A DNA stretch of 64,000 bases from Minisyncoccota bacterium (GCA_041660025.1 JBAZXD010000001.1:236162-300161); one strand, 5' to 3'. Shown: positions 39,930 to 49,448, counted from the stretch's first letter. The notes: generated by a model not told the origin, from the sequence alone. A program made the numbers and translations.

Positions 39930-42338
39930 ATGGCGTACGACCATACAGACATCGAGAAAAAGGCCCAGGAGAAATGGGCCTCTCTCGATTTATACAAGTC
40001 TGACCTTTCGGATGAGTCGAAGGAGCCCTACTACCTTCTCGTCGAGTTCCCGTACCCCTCGGGCGACCTGCATATCGGGCATTGGTACGCCTTCGCCGTG
40101 ACCGACATCTACGCGCGGATGCTGCGCGCGCGCGGGAAGAACGTACTGTTCCCGATTGGCTTCGACGCGTTCGGCCTACCGGCCGAGAATGCCGCCATCA
40201 AGCACGGCGTCGACCCGAAGGAGTGGACGTATAAGAACATCGAGCGGATGCGCGAACAGCTCGCCTCGATGGGCCCGTCGTTCGACTGGAGCAAGGAGGT
40301 CCTCACCTGCGACCCGGGCTACTACCAGTGGACGCAGTGGCTCTTTGCCAAGCTCTTCGAGCACGATCTTGCCGAGCATAAGAGTGCAGCGGTGAAGTGG
40401 TGCCCGAAGGACCAGACCGTGCTCGCGAATGAGCAGGTGGTCGACGGCCGTTGCGAGCGTTGCGGCACCGAGGTGGAGGAGAAAAAGCTGACGCAATGGT
40501 TCCTGAAGATCACCGACTACGCCGAACGCCTTCTTGAAGGATTGGAGAAATTGCCGTGGCGCAATGAGATAAAAGACGCTCAGCGCGCGTGGATAGGGAA
40601 GAGCGATGGCGCATATCTCGAATTCCAAATCGTCGGGCGCGAAGAAAAAATAAAAGTGTTCACCACGCGGCCGGACACCGTTTTCGGCGCCACCTATGTC
40701 GTGCTCGCGCCCGAGCACGCGCTTGTTTCATCACTGTTGGACGGCGTTTCAAATAAGAAAGAGATCGAGGAGTATGTGCGTACGACCGCGCAGAAGACCG
40801 AGCGCGAACGGAGCGAGAATAAAGAGAAGACCGGCGTGAAGCTCGAGGGCGTTTCAGCGATAAACCCAGCGACAAAAGAAGAAATCCCAGTCTACGTCGC
40901 CGATTACGTCCTCGCCTCCTACGGCACGGGCGCGGTGATGGCCGTCCCCGCCCACGACGAACGCGATTTTGAATTCGCACAAAAATTCGATTTGCCGATA
41001 CAGGAAGTCGTTTCCGCCGAGGGAATGCAGATCCCCTATACTGGCATCGGCACGCTTACCAATTCGAGTGAGTTTACCGGTAAGAACAGCGAGGAGGCGA
41101 AGTGGGACATCGTGAAGTATGCGGGCGGGGAGAAGGCGACTCAGTACCGCATCCGCGATTGGCTCGTGAGCCGCCAGCGCTATTGGGGATGCCCGATACC
41201 CATCGTCTACGACCCGGAGGGGAAGCCGCACGCGATACCTGCCGAGCATTTGCCCTGGCTCCTGCCGACGGATGTCGACTTCACGCCAACGGGCAAGGCG
41301 CCGCTCGCATCCTCACAAGAATTGCAGGAGCGCGTGGTGCGCATTTTCGGCGAGGGCTGGACGCCGGAATACGATACGCTCGATACCTTCATCGACTCCT
41401 CGTGGTACTTCCTCCGCTATCTCGACCCGAAAGATTCGCACGATTTTTCCGATGTGGCGCTGATGAAGAAGTGGTTGCCGGTCAATCGCTACTCGGGCGG
41501 GAGCGAGCACACGACGATGCACCTCCTCTACGCGCGATTCTTTATGAAGGCGCTCTACGACCTCGCGCTTGTGCCGGTGGAAGAGCCGTTCACTGAGCGC
41601 TTCAACCGCGGGCTCGTTATGGGCCCCGACGGGCAGAAGATGAGCAAGTCGAAGGGGAACGTCGTGAATCCGGACGAATTCGTACAGAAGTACGGCGCGG
41701 ACGCGGTGCGTGTCTTCCTTGCATTTATCGGCCCCTACAACGAGCCGGGGAGCTATCCCTGGAGCCTCGACGGCGTCGCTTCGATGCGTAAGTTCCTTGA
41801 GCGCGTGGCTAGAATGGTCGGAATTGTACAGGGAGCACAAGGGATTCTTCGCACACTAGGGAAAGAAATAAATCATAAACCGATAGATCCATTAATTGCT
41901 GCAACGGTCAAAAAAGTTGCTGAAGATGGCGACCGCTTCAAATTTAATACAGGAGTGGCTGCTCTGATGAGTCTTCTAAATGAGATGGAGATCTCATCTC
42001 AAGTATCACTCTCGAATGTTCGCGACTTTGTCATCATGCTCGCGCCTTTTGCGCCACACCTCGTCGAACACCTCTGGGAACAGCTTGGTGGGGAAGGGAG
42101 TGTTCATCAGCAGTCGTGGCCCATCTTTGACCCGAGTCTACTTATCTCGAGTACTGTGAATGTCACAGTGCAGGTCAATGGCAAGCGTCGCGGTTCGATT
42201 ATTCTTCCGGCAGACGCTCCAGAAGACAGCGCCATCGCAGAAGCTCTCAAAATTCCTGTCGTGACGGCCTCATTCACCGGTAAAGAACCAAAGCGAGTTG
42301 TGTACGTACCAAATAAAATAATTAATCTCGTTGTATAA
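39930..42338 (+). CDS. leuS: leucyl-tRNA synthetase
   Basis: HIGH (GDLHIGH), KMSKS (QKMSKSKGNVV), full-length class I homology; the last ~500 nt are AT-richer. Confidence 0.97.
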   Translation: MAYDHTDIEKKAQEKWASLDLYKSDLSDESKEPYYLLVEFPYPSGDLHIGHWYAFAVTDIYARMLRARGKNVLFPIGFDAFGLPAENAAIKHGVDPKEWTYKNIERMREQLASMGPSFDWSKEVLTCDPGYYQWTQWLFAKLFEHDLAEHKSAAVKWCPKDQTVLANEQVVDGRCERCGTEVEEKKLTQWFLKITDYAERLLEGLEKLPWRNEIKDAQRAWIGKSDGAYLEFQIVGREEKIKVFTTRPDTVFGATYVVLAPEHALVSSLLDGVSNKKEIEEYVRTTAQKTERERSENKEKTGVKLEGVSAINPATKEEIPVYVADYVLASYGTGAVMAVPAHDERDFEFAQKFDLPIQEVVSAEGMQIPYTGIGTLTNSSEFTGKNSEEAKWDIVKYAGGEKATQYRIRDWLVSRQRYWGCPIPIVYDPEGKPHAIPAEHLPWLLPTDVDFTPTGKAPLASSQELQERVVRIFGEGWTPEYDTLDTFIDSSWYFLRYLDPKDSHDFSDVALMKKWLPVNRYSGGSEHTTMHLLYARFFMKALYDLALVPVEEPFTERFNRGLVMGPDGQKMSKSKGNVVNPDEFVQKYGADAVRVFLAFIGPYNEPGSYPWSLDGVASMRKFLERVARMVGIVQGAQGILRTLGKEINHKPIDPLIAATVKKVAEDGDRFKFNTGVAALMSLLNEMEISSQVSLSNVRDFVIMLAPFAPHLVEHLWEQLGGEGSVHQQSWPIFDPSLLISSTVNVTVQVNGKRRGSIILPADAPEDSAIAEALKIPVVTASFTGKEPKRVVYVPNKIINLVV

Positions 42339-42339
42339 T
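42332..42339 (+). promoter_or_regulatory. -10 TGTATAAT overlapping the leuS stop codon; downstream ATG at 42346
   Basis: TAA stop (42336-42338) lies inside TATAAT. Confidence 0.4.
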
Positions 42340-42345
42340 CACTCC

Positions 42346-42948
42346 ATGAATACAACCCAAAAGGGTTTCGCGAGTGTTGTTTTAATTATCGCTCTAGTCA
42401 TCATCATTGTGGGTTGGTTGGGCTATTTTGAATTAACACAAAAATCGAGTGTTACTACAACCTCTAGCCCAGAAAAAAGTCAGTCAACGAAGGAAGACCA
42501 AGAAATACCCTGGAAAGAGTACGTCAATCTCGACTTTGGCATATCCTTTTCTCATCCAGACAGCTGGCAGTGCAAAACTTATAAGACAAACCTCTTTCAT
42601 CCAGATTGGTATCAAACAATCTGTGATGATGATGGCACATGGTCGGGGGACTCATTGGTAGCCATTTCGGTACCGCACACCACGAACACCCGATCGCTTG
42701 GGGTTAGCACAATTCGCAGCGGGACAATCACGGGGCAAAATTCATCTACAATCACGAAAACCATTTACCATTCTGATAAATTTGAAGATCTGGGCTCGGT
42801 TGCATATATCTTTAGCGGATCTTCGAACATGAAGAGCTATGATATGGGCGCTATGTATGGTGGCCTCGATAAACCATACAGGAGCGCTGAAGAAGCCGAG
42901 GATGTCTTGGATACCATTGCTAAATCTCTCATCATTCGCTCAAATTAA
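42346..42948 (+). CDS. hypothetical signal-anchored/secreted protein in the AT-rich segment
   Basis: 201 aa from MNTTQKGF; N-terminal TM. Confidence 0.5.
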   Translation: MNTTQKGFASVVLIIALVIIIVGWLGYFELTQKSSVTTTSSPEKSQSTKEDQEIPWKEYVNLDFGISFSHPDSWQCKTYKTNLFHPDWYQTICDDDGTWSGDSLVAISVPHTTNTRSLGVSTIRSGTITGQNSSTITKTIYHSDKFEDLGSVAYIFSGSSNMKSYDMGAMYGGLDKPYRSAEEAEDVLDTIAKSLIIRSN

Positions 42949-42971
42949 AACCAAAAACGGTATGCATCTGA

Positions 42972-43094
42972 CACCGCCGCCGGCTAGAGCTGGCCGAGGC
43001 GCTCAAGATACCGGCTGTCACGGTCGCCATCGACGGGAATGAGCCGAAGCGGGTTATTTATGTGCCGGGCAGAATCCTAAACCTTGTGGTATAA
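42972..43094 (+). pseudogene. leuS: displaced remnant of an alternative leuS 3' end
   Basis: Translates ...LAEALKIPAVTVAIDGNEPKRVIYVPGRILNLVV* versus the leuS C-terminus IAEALKIPVVTASFTGKEPKRVVYVPNKIINLVV*; in-frame TGA upstream. Confidence 0.65.
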
Positions 43095-43103
43095 TCCGCG
43101 CTA

Positions 43104-43132
43104 TTGACTCTTTATAAGGCATTTGCTATAAA
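43104..43132 (+). promoter_or_regulatory. sigma70-like promoter TTGACT-17-TATAAAT
   Basis: Consensus spacing; the ATG of the next gene at 43142 is ~3 nt after the predicted TSS. Confidence 0.5.
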
Positions 43133-43141
43133 TTAGACCAC

Positions 43142-44221
43142 ATGAAGAAGGCCAGCAAAACCGTGACGCAAGGGAAGACGAAAACCGCCCCTATTGCCTC
43201 GTTTTCTTTTGATAGTGCGACGCTCGCGAAGCGCCTCTTGGCCGCCGCTCCGGAGCGCGCGCGCGAAGTCCTTATCCGCCGTTTCGGCCTGGGTACGAAC
43301 CCGGAACGTGAGACCCTGGAGGCTATCGGCGACCAGTCCAGCATTACCCGCGAGCGCGTACGCCAGATCGAGGCCGCCGGACTCGACGCCGTACGGGCAA
43401 GCAAAGCTTTTAAAGAGGCGCACACCGCTTTTGAAGAGATCGCGAAGTATATCCACTCGCTCGGCGCCATCGTGCCCGAAGAGACGCTCCTTTCCGCGCT
43501 CGGCAAGGATGAGAAGAGTCGTAATCGGTTCCGCTTCTTCCTTATGGTCAATGCGGCGTTCTTCCGCGAACGTGAGACGAACGATTTCCTCGCCCGCTGG
43601 CACGTAGACCACGCGACGGCGAAGCATATTCACGATGCTCTCACGCGCCTCTACTCCTCGCTTTCCGATACCGACGTGATCCCCGAGGGAGAACTGCTTG
43701 ACCGTTTCCTCGACGAGCTGAAGAGCGTCAATGATGCCTACAAGAACGAGGAAGTGCTGAAGCGCTGGCTCTCGCTCTCTAAGCACATCGGGAGCAATCC
43801 GCTATACGAGTGGGGTCGCACGACGGCGCCCGCCATCCGCGTCAAGGGCGTCCGCGATTACGCGTACCTCGCGGTCAAGCGCCATGGCGCTCCGATGCAT
43901 TTCTCCGATGTCGCCAAGACTATCGGTACGCTCTTCTCGAAGAAGGCGCACATTGCGACAACGCACAACGAGCTCATCAAGGATCCTCGCTTTGTACTCG
44001 TCGGCCGCGGGCTCTACGCGCTTACCGAGTGGGGATATAAGCCGGGCGTCGTGCGCGAGGTTATCCGCGAGACGCTTGAGGCGCAGGGCCCGATGAAGAA
44101 AGAGGAGATCATCAAGCATGTGAAGAAGGCCCGTTTTGTGAAGGACAACACCATCCTGGTGAATCTCAACGATTCCCGCTATTTCAAGCGCCTCAAGGAC
44201 GGTCGTTACGCGGCGGTCTGA
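43142..44221 (+). CDS. DNA-binding protein with sigma-70 region 4-like HTH and C-terminal HARE-HTH domain
   Basis: ETLEAIGDQSSITRERVRQIEAAGL (region 4 signature); GAPMHFSDVAKTI...RFVLVGRGLYALTEWGY (HARE-HTH signature). Confidence 0.55.
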   Translation: MKKASKTVTQGKTKTAPIASFSFDSATLAKRLLAAAPERAREVLIRRFGLGTNPERETLEAIGDQSSITRERVRQIEAAGLDAVRASKAFKEAHTAFEEIAKYIHSLGAIVPEETLLSALGKDEKSRNRFRFFLMVNAAFFRERETNDFLARWHVDHATAKHIHDALTRLYSSLSDTDVIPEGELLDRFLDELKSVNDAYKNEEVLKRWLSLSKHIGSNPLYEWGRTTAPAIRVKGVRDYAYLAVKRHGAPMHFSDVAKTIGTLFSKKAHIATTHNELIKDPRFVLVGRGLYALTEWGYKPGVVREVIRETLEAQGPMKKEEIIKHVKKARFVKDNTILVNLNDSRYFKRLKDGRYAAV

Positions 44222-44228
44222 TATTCAT

Positions 44229-44272
44229 ACACAAACGGCGTCCCGCGCATAGCGGGACGCCGTTTGTGTTTG
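44229..44272 (+). terminator. long-stem rho-independent terminator
   Basis: CACAAACGGCGTCCCGC-GCATA-GCGGGACGCCGTTTGTG then TTTGCT. Confidence 0.7.
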
Positions 44273-44279
44273 CTATACT
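44271..44279 (+). promoter_or_regulatory. extended -10 TGCTATACT; ATG at 44286 (leaderless)
   Basis: 7 nt between the box and the ATG. Confidence 0.45.
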
Positions 44280-44285
44280 TCGCGT

Positions 44286-45683
44286 ATGGTCTCGCTCCCG
44301 TATTTGCACGAACTCCACAAGCTGAAAGATACTATCACTGGTCGGTTCGGCATCCGTTTCGACCCGTGGACGCTTCTCGCTCCAGGATTGATACTCATCG
44401 CCCTCGCGTATGTGCTTATGCCGGGTCCGATCTCCTTCGCCTTCTCGATCGCGCTATTCCTGTCTCCCGTGTGGCTACCGTTCCTTATCATAGGTGGAGC
44501 AGTGAAATTATGGTATGTTCTCGGACGCTCGGAGTTCATCGCGAAACAAAAGTACGTCCTCCTCGAAATAAAGCCGCCGCGCAATCTGGTAAAGACGCCG
44601 CTCGCGATGGAGGCCTTCCTCTCAGCTATCCATCTTACGGGCGGCGAGTCGACCTGGTACGCGCGCTTCAAGGGCGGCATCCGGCCCTTCTACTCTCTCG
44701 AAATGGCTTCGTTCGAGGGGCAAGTGCATTTTTTCATATGGGGGCGCGCGAATTTGCGCAGGATCATAGAGGGGCAAATGTACGCGCAATATCCGGGTGT
44801 GCAGGTGGTTGAGGCGCCTGACTATACCCGGCTCATATCCGCGGATCCGGATGAGTGGGGCGTTTGGGGGTGCGATTTTGCGGCGACGGGGAAGAATCCT
44901 CTCCCTATCAAGACTTATATCGAATACGGACTCGATAAAGTACAAAAGGAGCCGGAACAGGTCGACCCGCTCGCAAACCTTGTCGAATTCTTGGGTTCCA
45001 TTGGGAAGGGGGAAAATATCTGGCTCCAATTCGTTATTCGTGCGCATCAGGGCGAACGGTATGGTCCCAGCCCGGGCGGCAAAGAGGGCGTGAGAAAAAA
45101 CGCCGAAGGGAAGACCTACACCTGGAGGGACGAAGGGAAAGAGCTGATCGAAGAGATACGCAAGAAAGCGCGCAATCCGTACATAGATCCGGCGACTGGC
45201 GAGGAACGGCCGGGATTCCCGAACCCGACTAAAGGAGAATCGGAGCTTATGGCCGCCATCGACCGCAATACCACGAAGCTCGCCTATGACGTGGGCGTGC
45301 GCGGCGTCTATATCGCTAGGCCGGAAAAATTCAACGTGGCCGCTATCACGCATATGATAGGTCTCTTCAAGCCGTTCACCAACACCGGCTGGAACGGTAT
45401 CAATTCGATAAAATGGATGAAGCGGTTCGACGATTATCCGTGGGAGATCGGCGTCGAAAAAAGAAAAAAGCATTATCGCGAAAAACTCATCGAGGCGTAT
45501 CGCCGCCGCCAATTCTTTTATGATCCATTTTTCCACGACGGCCTCTTCGGGGACGAAACGATGATATTGAGCACTGAGGAGCTCGCGACCATCTATCACA
45601 TCCCTTCGCAATCCGTCCAGTCGCCGAGCCTCACGCGTATCCAGTCGGCGACCAGCGAGGCTCCCGTCAATCTCCCGACCTAG
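44286..45683 (+). CDS. hypothetical membrane protein (N-terminal TM helices, large soluble domain)
   Basis: 465 aa; no recognised family. Confidence 0.55.
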   Translation: MVSLPYLHELHKLKDTITGRFGIRFDPWTLLAPGLILIALAYVLMPGPISFAFSIALFLSPVWLPFLIIGGAVKLWYVLGRSEFIAKQKYVLLEIKPPRNLVKTPLAMEAFLSAIHLTGGESTWYARFKGGIRPFYSLEMASFEGQVHFFIWGRANLRRIIEGQMYAQYPGVQVVEAPDYTRLISADPDEWGVWGCDFAATGKNPLPIKTYIEYGLDKVQKEPEQVDPLANLVEFLGSIGKGENIWLQFVIRAHQGERYGPSPGGKEGVRKNAEGKTYTWRDEGKELIEEIRKKARNPYIDPATGEERPGFPNPTKGESELMAAIDRNTTKLAYDVGVRGVYIARPEKFNVAAITHMIGLFKPFTNTGWNGINSIKWMKRFDDYPWEIGVEKRKKHYREKLIEAYRRRQFFYDPFFHDGLFGDETMILSTEELATIYHIPSQSVQSPSLTRIQSATSEAPVNLPT

Positions 45684-45688
45684 CGCGT

Positions 45689-46645
45689 ATGAATTTCTTC
45701 ACGTCCCACAAGGAGTGGTGCTACTCGTTTATCATTGCCGTACTTCTTGTTGTGGGATATTCGCTCACACTGGCTCCTCCGTCGGATTTTCCGTCAAGAA
45801 GCATTGCCGTCGTTGCACGTGGCGCGGTCGTGTCTGAGGTCGCGACGGAGCTTGCCGATGCGCGCATCATCGCGCATCCGACGCTCCTGCGTTTCGTCCT
45901 GCGCGTCTCGGGGCAGAGCGCGCGGGTGCAGGCGGGCGCCTACCTTTTCAACACTCCCGAAAATCTGCTCACCGTCGCATGGCGGCTCGCTACGGGCGAC
46001 TTCGGCCTCCCGCCCGTGCGGATCACCTTTCCCGAGGGTGAGACCGCGCGCGAGATGTCAGTACGTGTGAACGATGCGTTCCCCGACATCAGTGCATCCG
46101 ACTTTCTCTCTGCGGCACAACCCTATGAAGGGTATCTCTTCCCTGATACGTATCTCTTCCTCCCGTCGGCGAACGCCGCGTCGATCGTCGCGATTATGCG
46201 AGAAAATTTCAACGAGAAGATACAGCCGTTGTCGGGAGCCATCGCGGAGTCCGGACACTCGCTTTCCGACCTCGTCACTATGGCGTCGCTCATCGAGAAG
46301 GAGGCGCGCTCGACCGCGGCGCGCCGTATGGTCTCCGGCATTCTCTGGAACCGCCTCGCGCGCAATATGCCGCTCCAGGTGGATGCGGTCTTCGGCTACA
46401 TCCACGGCCGCGACACCTACTCGCCTTCGTATGCGGACCTGAAAGTCGATTCTCCCTACAATACCTATACGCACCGGGGACTGCCTCCGGGACCGATCAG
46501 TAATCCCGGGATGGATTCCATTTCCGCCGCGCTTTATCCAACGAAAACCGACTACCTGTATTACCTCACCGGCACCGACGGCCTGATGCACTACGCGACG
46601 ACCTACGCCGGCCACCAGGCGAACCAGCGGAAGTATTTACGATAG
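45689..46645 (+). CDS. mltG: endolytic murein transglycosylase MltG (YceG-like)
   Basis: N-terminal TM anchor; GLPPGPISNPG, core-fold motifs. Confidence 0.85.
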   Translation: MNFFTSHKEWCYSFIIAVLLVVGYSLTLAPPSDFPSRSIAVVARGAVVSEVATELADARIIAHPTLLRFVLRVSGQSARVQAGAYLFNTPENLLTVAWRLATGDFGLPPVRITFPEGETAREMSVRVNDAFPDISASDFLSAAQPYEGYLFPDTYLFLPSANAASIVAIMRENFNEKIQPLSGAIAESGHSLSDLVTMASLIEKEARSTAARRMVSGILWNRLARNMPLQVDAVFGYIHGRDTYSPSYADLKVDSPYNTYTHRGLPPGPISNPGMDSISAALYPTKTDYLYYLTGTDGLMHYATTYAGHQANQRKYLR

Positions 46646-46704
46646 ACAATCGGAGTAAGCGAGCGTATTGTCTGTTTCAGAGTCATCTTAGAGGAGTACC
46701 GTTA

Positions 46705-47142
46705 ATGCAAGAAAATCAGAATGAGAATGTTTTCTACGGGATATATAACTCCGGGAAAATGTCGATAAATCTCGAAAGTGCCGAACCGTTCTTCAAAGCT
46801 CTTAATAGAGTTTTACATATCTACATCGTCCCGTGTTCTGTGATTGAACGCTTTAACCATGGACCTGGATGTGGGCTCGTCGTAGATATGGCGCGATACC
46901 GGATGGAACGGCGTAAATATGTAATGTACATTGCGGAAGATTTGCCACATTCCGAACGGCTCATCACAATAGCCCACGAATTGATTCATCTGATACTGAC
47001 GATGCAGGGGTTTTCGTTTGAGCGCCAATGGCTTGATGAAAAGAGTGAGCCGTGGATAGAGGAAATAGCTAAGCGGTTTTACCAAGCAAACCCTAACTTC
47101 CTGAATTGGGTGTATAGAGATTACGTGAGAATCGCCGGTTGA
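46705..47142 (+). CDS. HExxH metallopeptidase-like protein (ImmA/IrrE-like?) in an AT-rich cassette
   Basis: ITIAHELIHLIL zinc-binding motif; 145 aa. Confidence 0.4.
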   Translation: MQENQNENVFYGIYNSGKMSINLESAEPFFKALNRVLHIYIVPCSVIERFNHGPGCGLVVDMARYRMERRKYVMYIAEDLPHSERLITIAHELIHLILTMQGFSFERQWLDEKSEPWIEEIAKRFYQANPNFLNWVYRDYVRIAG

Positions 47143-47227
47143 AGAGCGTCCCGCCCATGACGCTCTTTTTATTTCGTACGCATATTCCTTCTGTCCACTG
47201 CGGTGGCTCCCAACTTGTAAGCATGAT

Positions 47228-47233
47228 TAGATA
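47228..47233 (+). promoter_or_regulatory. -10 TAGATA 7 nt upstream of the mnmA ATG (leaderless)
   Basis: TGATTAGATAGTAAGC-ATG. Confidence 0.3.
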
Positions 47234-47239
47234 GTAAGC

Positions 47240-48172
47240 ATGAACGTACGCGGGAAGAAGATATTCGTGGGGCTGTCGGGCGGGGTGGACTCGGCCGTCT
47301 CCGCCGCGCTCCTCCAACAGGCGGGAGCGCGGGTGACGGGCGTGTTCATCAAGGGCTGGTACCCACCGGGAATGCCCTGCACCTGGGCGAATGAGCGTCG
47401 CGATGCGATGCGGGTGGCGGCGCGTCTTCATATTCCGTTTCTCACACTCGACGCAAGCGCCGAATACAAAAAGAGCGTCATCGACTACTTGCTCGCAGAG
47501 TATAGTACCGGCAGGACGCCGAATCCGGATGTTATGTGCAACAAGGAGGTGAAGTTTGGCGCATTCTATCGCTTCGCGAAGTCGCACGGAGCGGACGCCA
47601 TCGCCACGGGCCACTATCGTTCTGGAGAAAAGGATCAGAGCTACTTCCTCTGGGCGGTGCCGAAGGATATTCTGCAGGCGGCGTTGTTTCCGGTAGGGAA
47701 GATGGACAAACGCGACGTGCGCTCGCTCGCGAAGCAGTTCAACCTTCCGGTCTCCGAAAAGAAGGATAGTCAAGGCATCTGCTTCCTCGGTACGGTCTCG
47801 GTCAAAGAATTTTTAGAAAATGAATTCGGAAGCAATAATCCGGCGCTCCTCTATACGCTGGGGCAGAGGACTTCGCTTCCAAACGGCCCGTGGTACGTAG
47901 TTGGGAAGGATGTCGAGAAAAAAGAAATTATGGTTTCAAAGACGCGAACATCCGGCGCGCAGGCAATTCCCTTTACTGATGCGAATTGGCAGAGCGAACC
48001 GGCGGGCGAGCTCGAAGCGCAGTACCGCTATCGGGGTCCGCGCGTCGCGGGACGCATCGAGGGCAACCGGTTCGTGAGCAGGGAGCCGCTCCCTGAGGTT
48101 CCCGCGCCGGGACAGTCGGTCGTCTTGTATCGGGATGACGAATTGGTCGGTGGTGGTAGTATTACAGGATGA
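47240..48172 (+). CDS. mnmA: tRNA-specific 2-thiouridylase MnmA
   Basis: PP-loop VGLSGGVDSAVSA, catalytic Cys motifs. Confidence 0.93.
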   Translation: MNVRGKKIFVGLSGGVDSAVSAALLQQAGARVTGVFIKGWYPPGMPCTWANERRDAMRVAARLHIPFLTLDASAEYKKSVIDYLLAEYSTGRTPNPDVMCNKEVKFGAFYRFAKSHGADAIATGHYRSGEKDQSYFLWAVPKDILQAALFPVGKMDKRDVRSLAKQFNLPVSEKKDSQGICFLGTVSVKEFLENEFGSNNPALLYTLGQRTSLPNGPWYVVGKDVEKKEIMVSKTRTSGAQAIPFTDANWQSEPAGELEAQYRYRGPRVAGRIEGNRFVSREPLPEVPAPGQSVVLYRDDELVGGGSITG

Positions 48173-48582
48173 AACACTCGCGTCTGTGGCTTTCGGCGAC
48201 CATCATCGCTCTCGTCGTAATCGGCGGCTTCATCCTCTCCGTGCCGCACACCGAGAAGGATGATGGCGCGTTTCTGTCGAAGAGCGCCGAAGCGAATATA
48301 CCGCTCGTCACTCTGCGGGACTCCTTCAAAAAGGGCGTGCATACCATCACCGGGTCGCTCGAAGCGCCGAATGCCTGCACAAGCGTGTCCGCAGAAGCAG
48401 TGTACGCCACTGATTCGCCGGAAACAGGCGACATCCTCGTCTTACTGTCGCTTCTTGCGGACCCGGGCATCTGCCTGCAGCTACCGACGCGGATCAGCTT
48501 CACTGCGACGGTAAGCGCGCCGGCGAACCTTCCGATCAGGGTGCTGGTCGACGGGGCGGCGGCGACCACGACGGCGCTATGA
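48169..48582 (+). CDS. hypothetical membrane-anchored protein
   Basis: 137 aa; N-terminal TM. Confidence 0.45.
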   Translation: MKHSRLWLSATIIALVVIGGFILSVPHTEKDDGAFLSKSAEANIPLVTLRDSFKKGVHTITGSLEAPNACTSVSAEAVYATDSPETGDILVLLSLLADPGICLQLPTRISFTATVSAPANLPIRVLVDGAAATTTAL

Positions 48583-49448
48583 CGACCCTGCCGACCATCA
48601 TAAAGGCCGACGGGTCGAAAGAGACTTTCGACCCGTCGCGTCTTGCAATGTCGCTCCAGATGGCGGGAGCGGGCGAGCATACGGCACAGCGCATCGCCGA
48701 GACGATCACGGGCACCATCGTGCCCGGCGCTACCTCGAAGGAGATATATGCGCGCGCCTTCGCGCTCCTGCGGAGAGAAGCGCGTCCGCTCGCCGCCCGC
48801 TACGCGCTGCGGCGAGCGCTCTTCGAGCTCGGGCCGACGGGCCATCCGTTCGAAGATTTCATTTCGCATCTTTTCCGCGCTGAGGGCTGGCAGGTCGAGA
48901 CGCGGAAAATAATCCGCGGGAAATGCGTATCACACGAGGTCGATTTCTACGCATCGCATCCGGGAGAGAATACCTTCCTCGCCGCTGAGCTCAAATATCA
49001 CAACGATCCGGGATATAAGACCGACGTGAAGGTCGCCCTCTATGTGAAGAGCCGTTTCGACGATATCTTCGCATGCGATCCGAGAGCGCGCGCCTGCCCG
49101 ATCGACCGCGGCATCCTCGTTACCAATACCAAATTCACCTCCGATGCCATCGCGTATGCCGAGTGCGCCGGCGTCGAGCTTCTCGGCTGGAGCTATCCCG
49201 CAAACGACAGTCTCTTTATGCGTATGGGCCGTGCGAAGGTATATCCGGTCACCGCGCTTACCGGCCTTTCGCACGCCGAGAAACGACTCCTTATCGAACA
49301 CGGCGTCATCGCCGTCGACGAGATACTGAAGAACCGTAGTTCGCTCGATATCCTCCACCTCTCGAGCGAACGGGTCGGCGAGCTTCTCGCGGAGATCGAT
49401 GGCTTTCTTGCGCTCCCCTCGGCTCCGCATGATATTGTTCCCGTATGA
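48579..49448 (+). CDS. ATP-cone domain fused to Mrr-like restriction endonuclease fold (PD-(D/E)xK)
   Basis: N-terminal IIKADGSKETFDPSRLAMSLQMAG (ATP-cone-like); VDFYA...LAAELKYH gives D...ExK. Confidence 0.6.
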   Translation: MTTLPTIIKADGSKETFDPSRLAMSLQMAGAGEHTAQRIAETITGTIVPGATSKEIYARAFALLRREARPLAARYALRRALFELGPTGHPFEDFISHLFRAEGWQVETRKIIRGKCVSHEVDFYASHPGENTFLAAELKYHNDPGYKTDVKVALYVKSRFDDIFACDPRARACPIDRGILVTNTKFTSDAIAYAECAGVELLGWSYPANDSLFMRMGRAKVYPVTALTGLSHAEKRLLIEHGVIAVDEILKNRSSLDILHLSSERVGELLAEIDGFLALPSAPHDIVPV

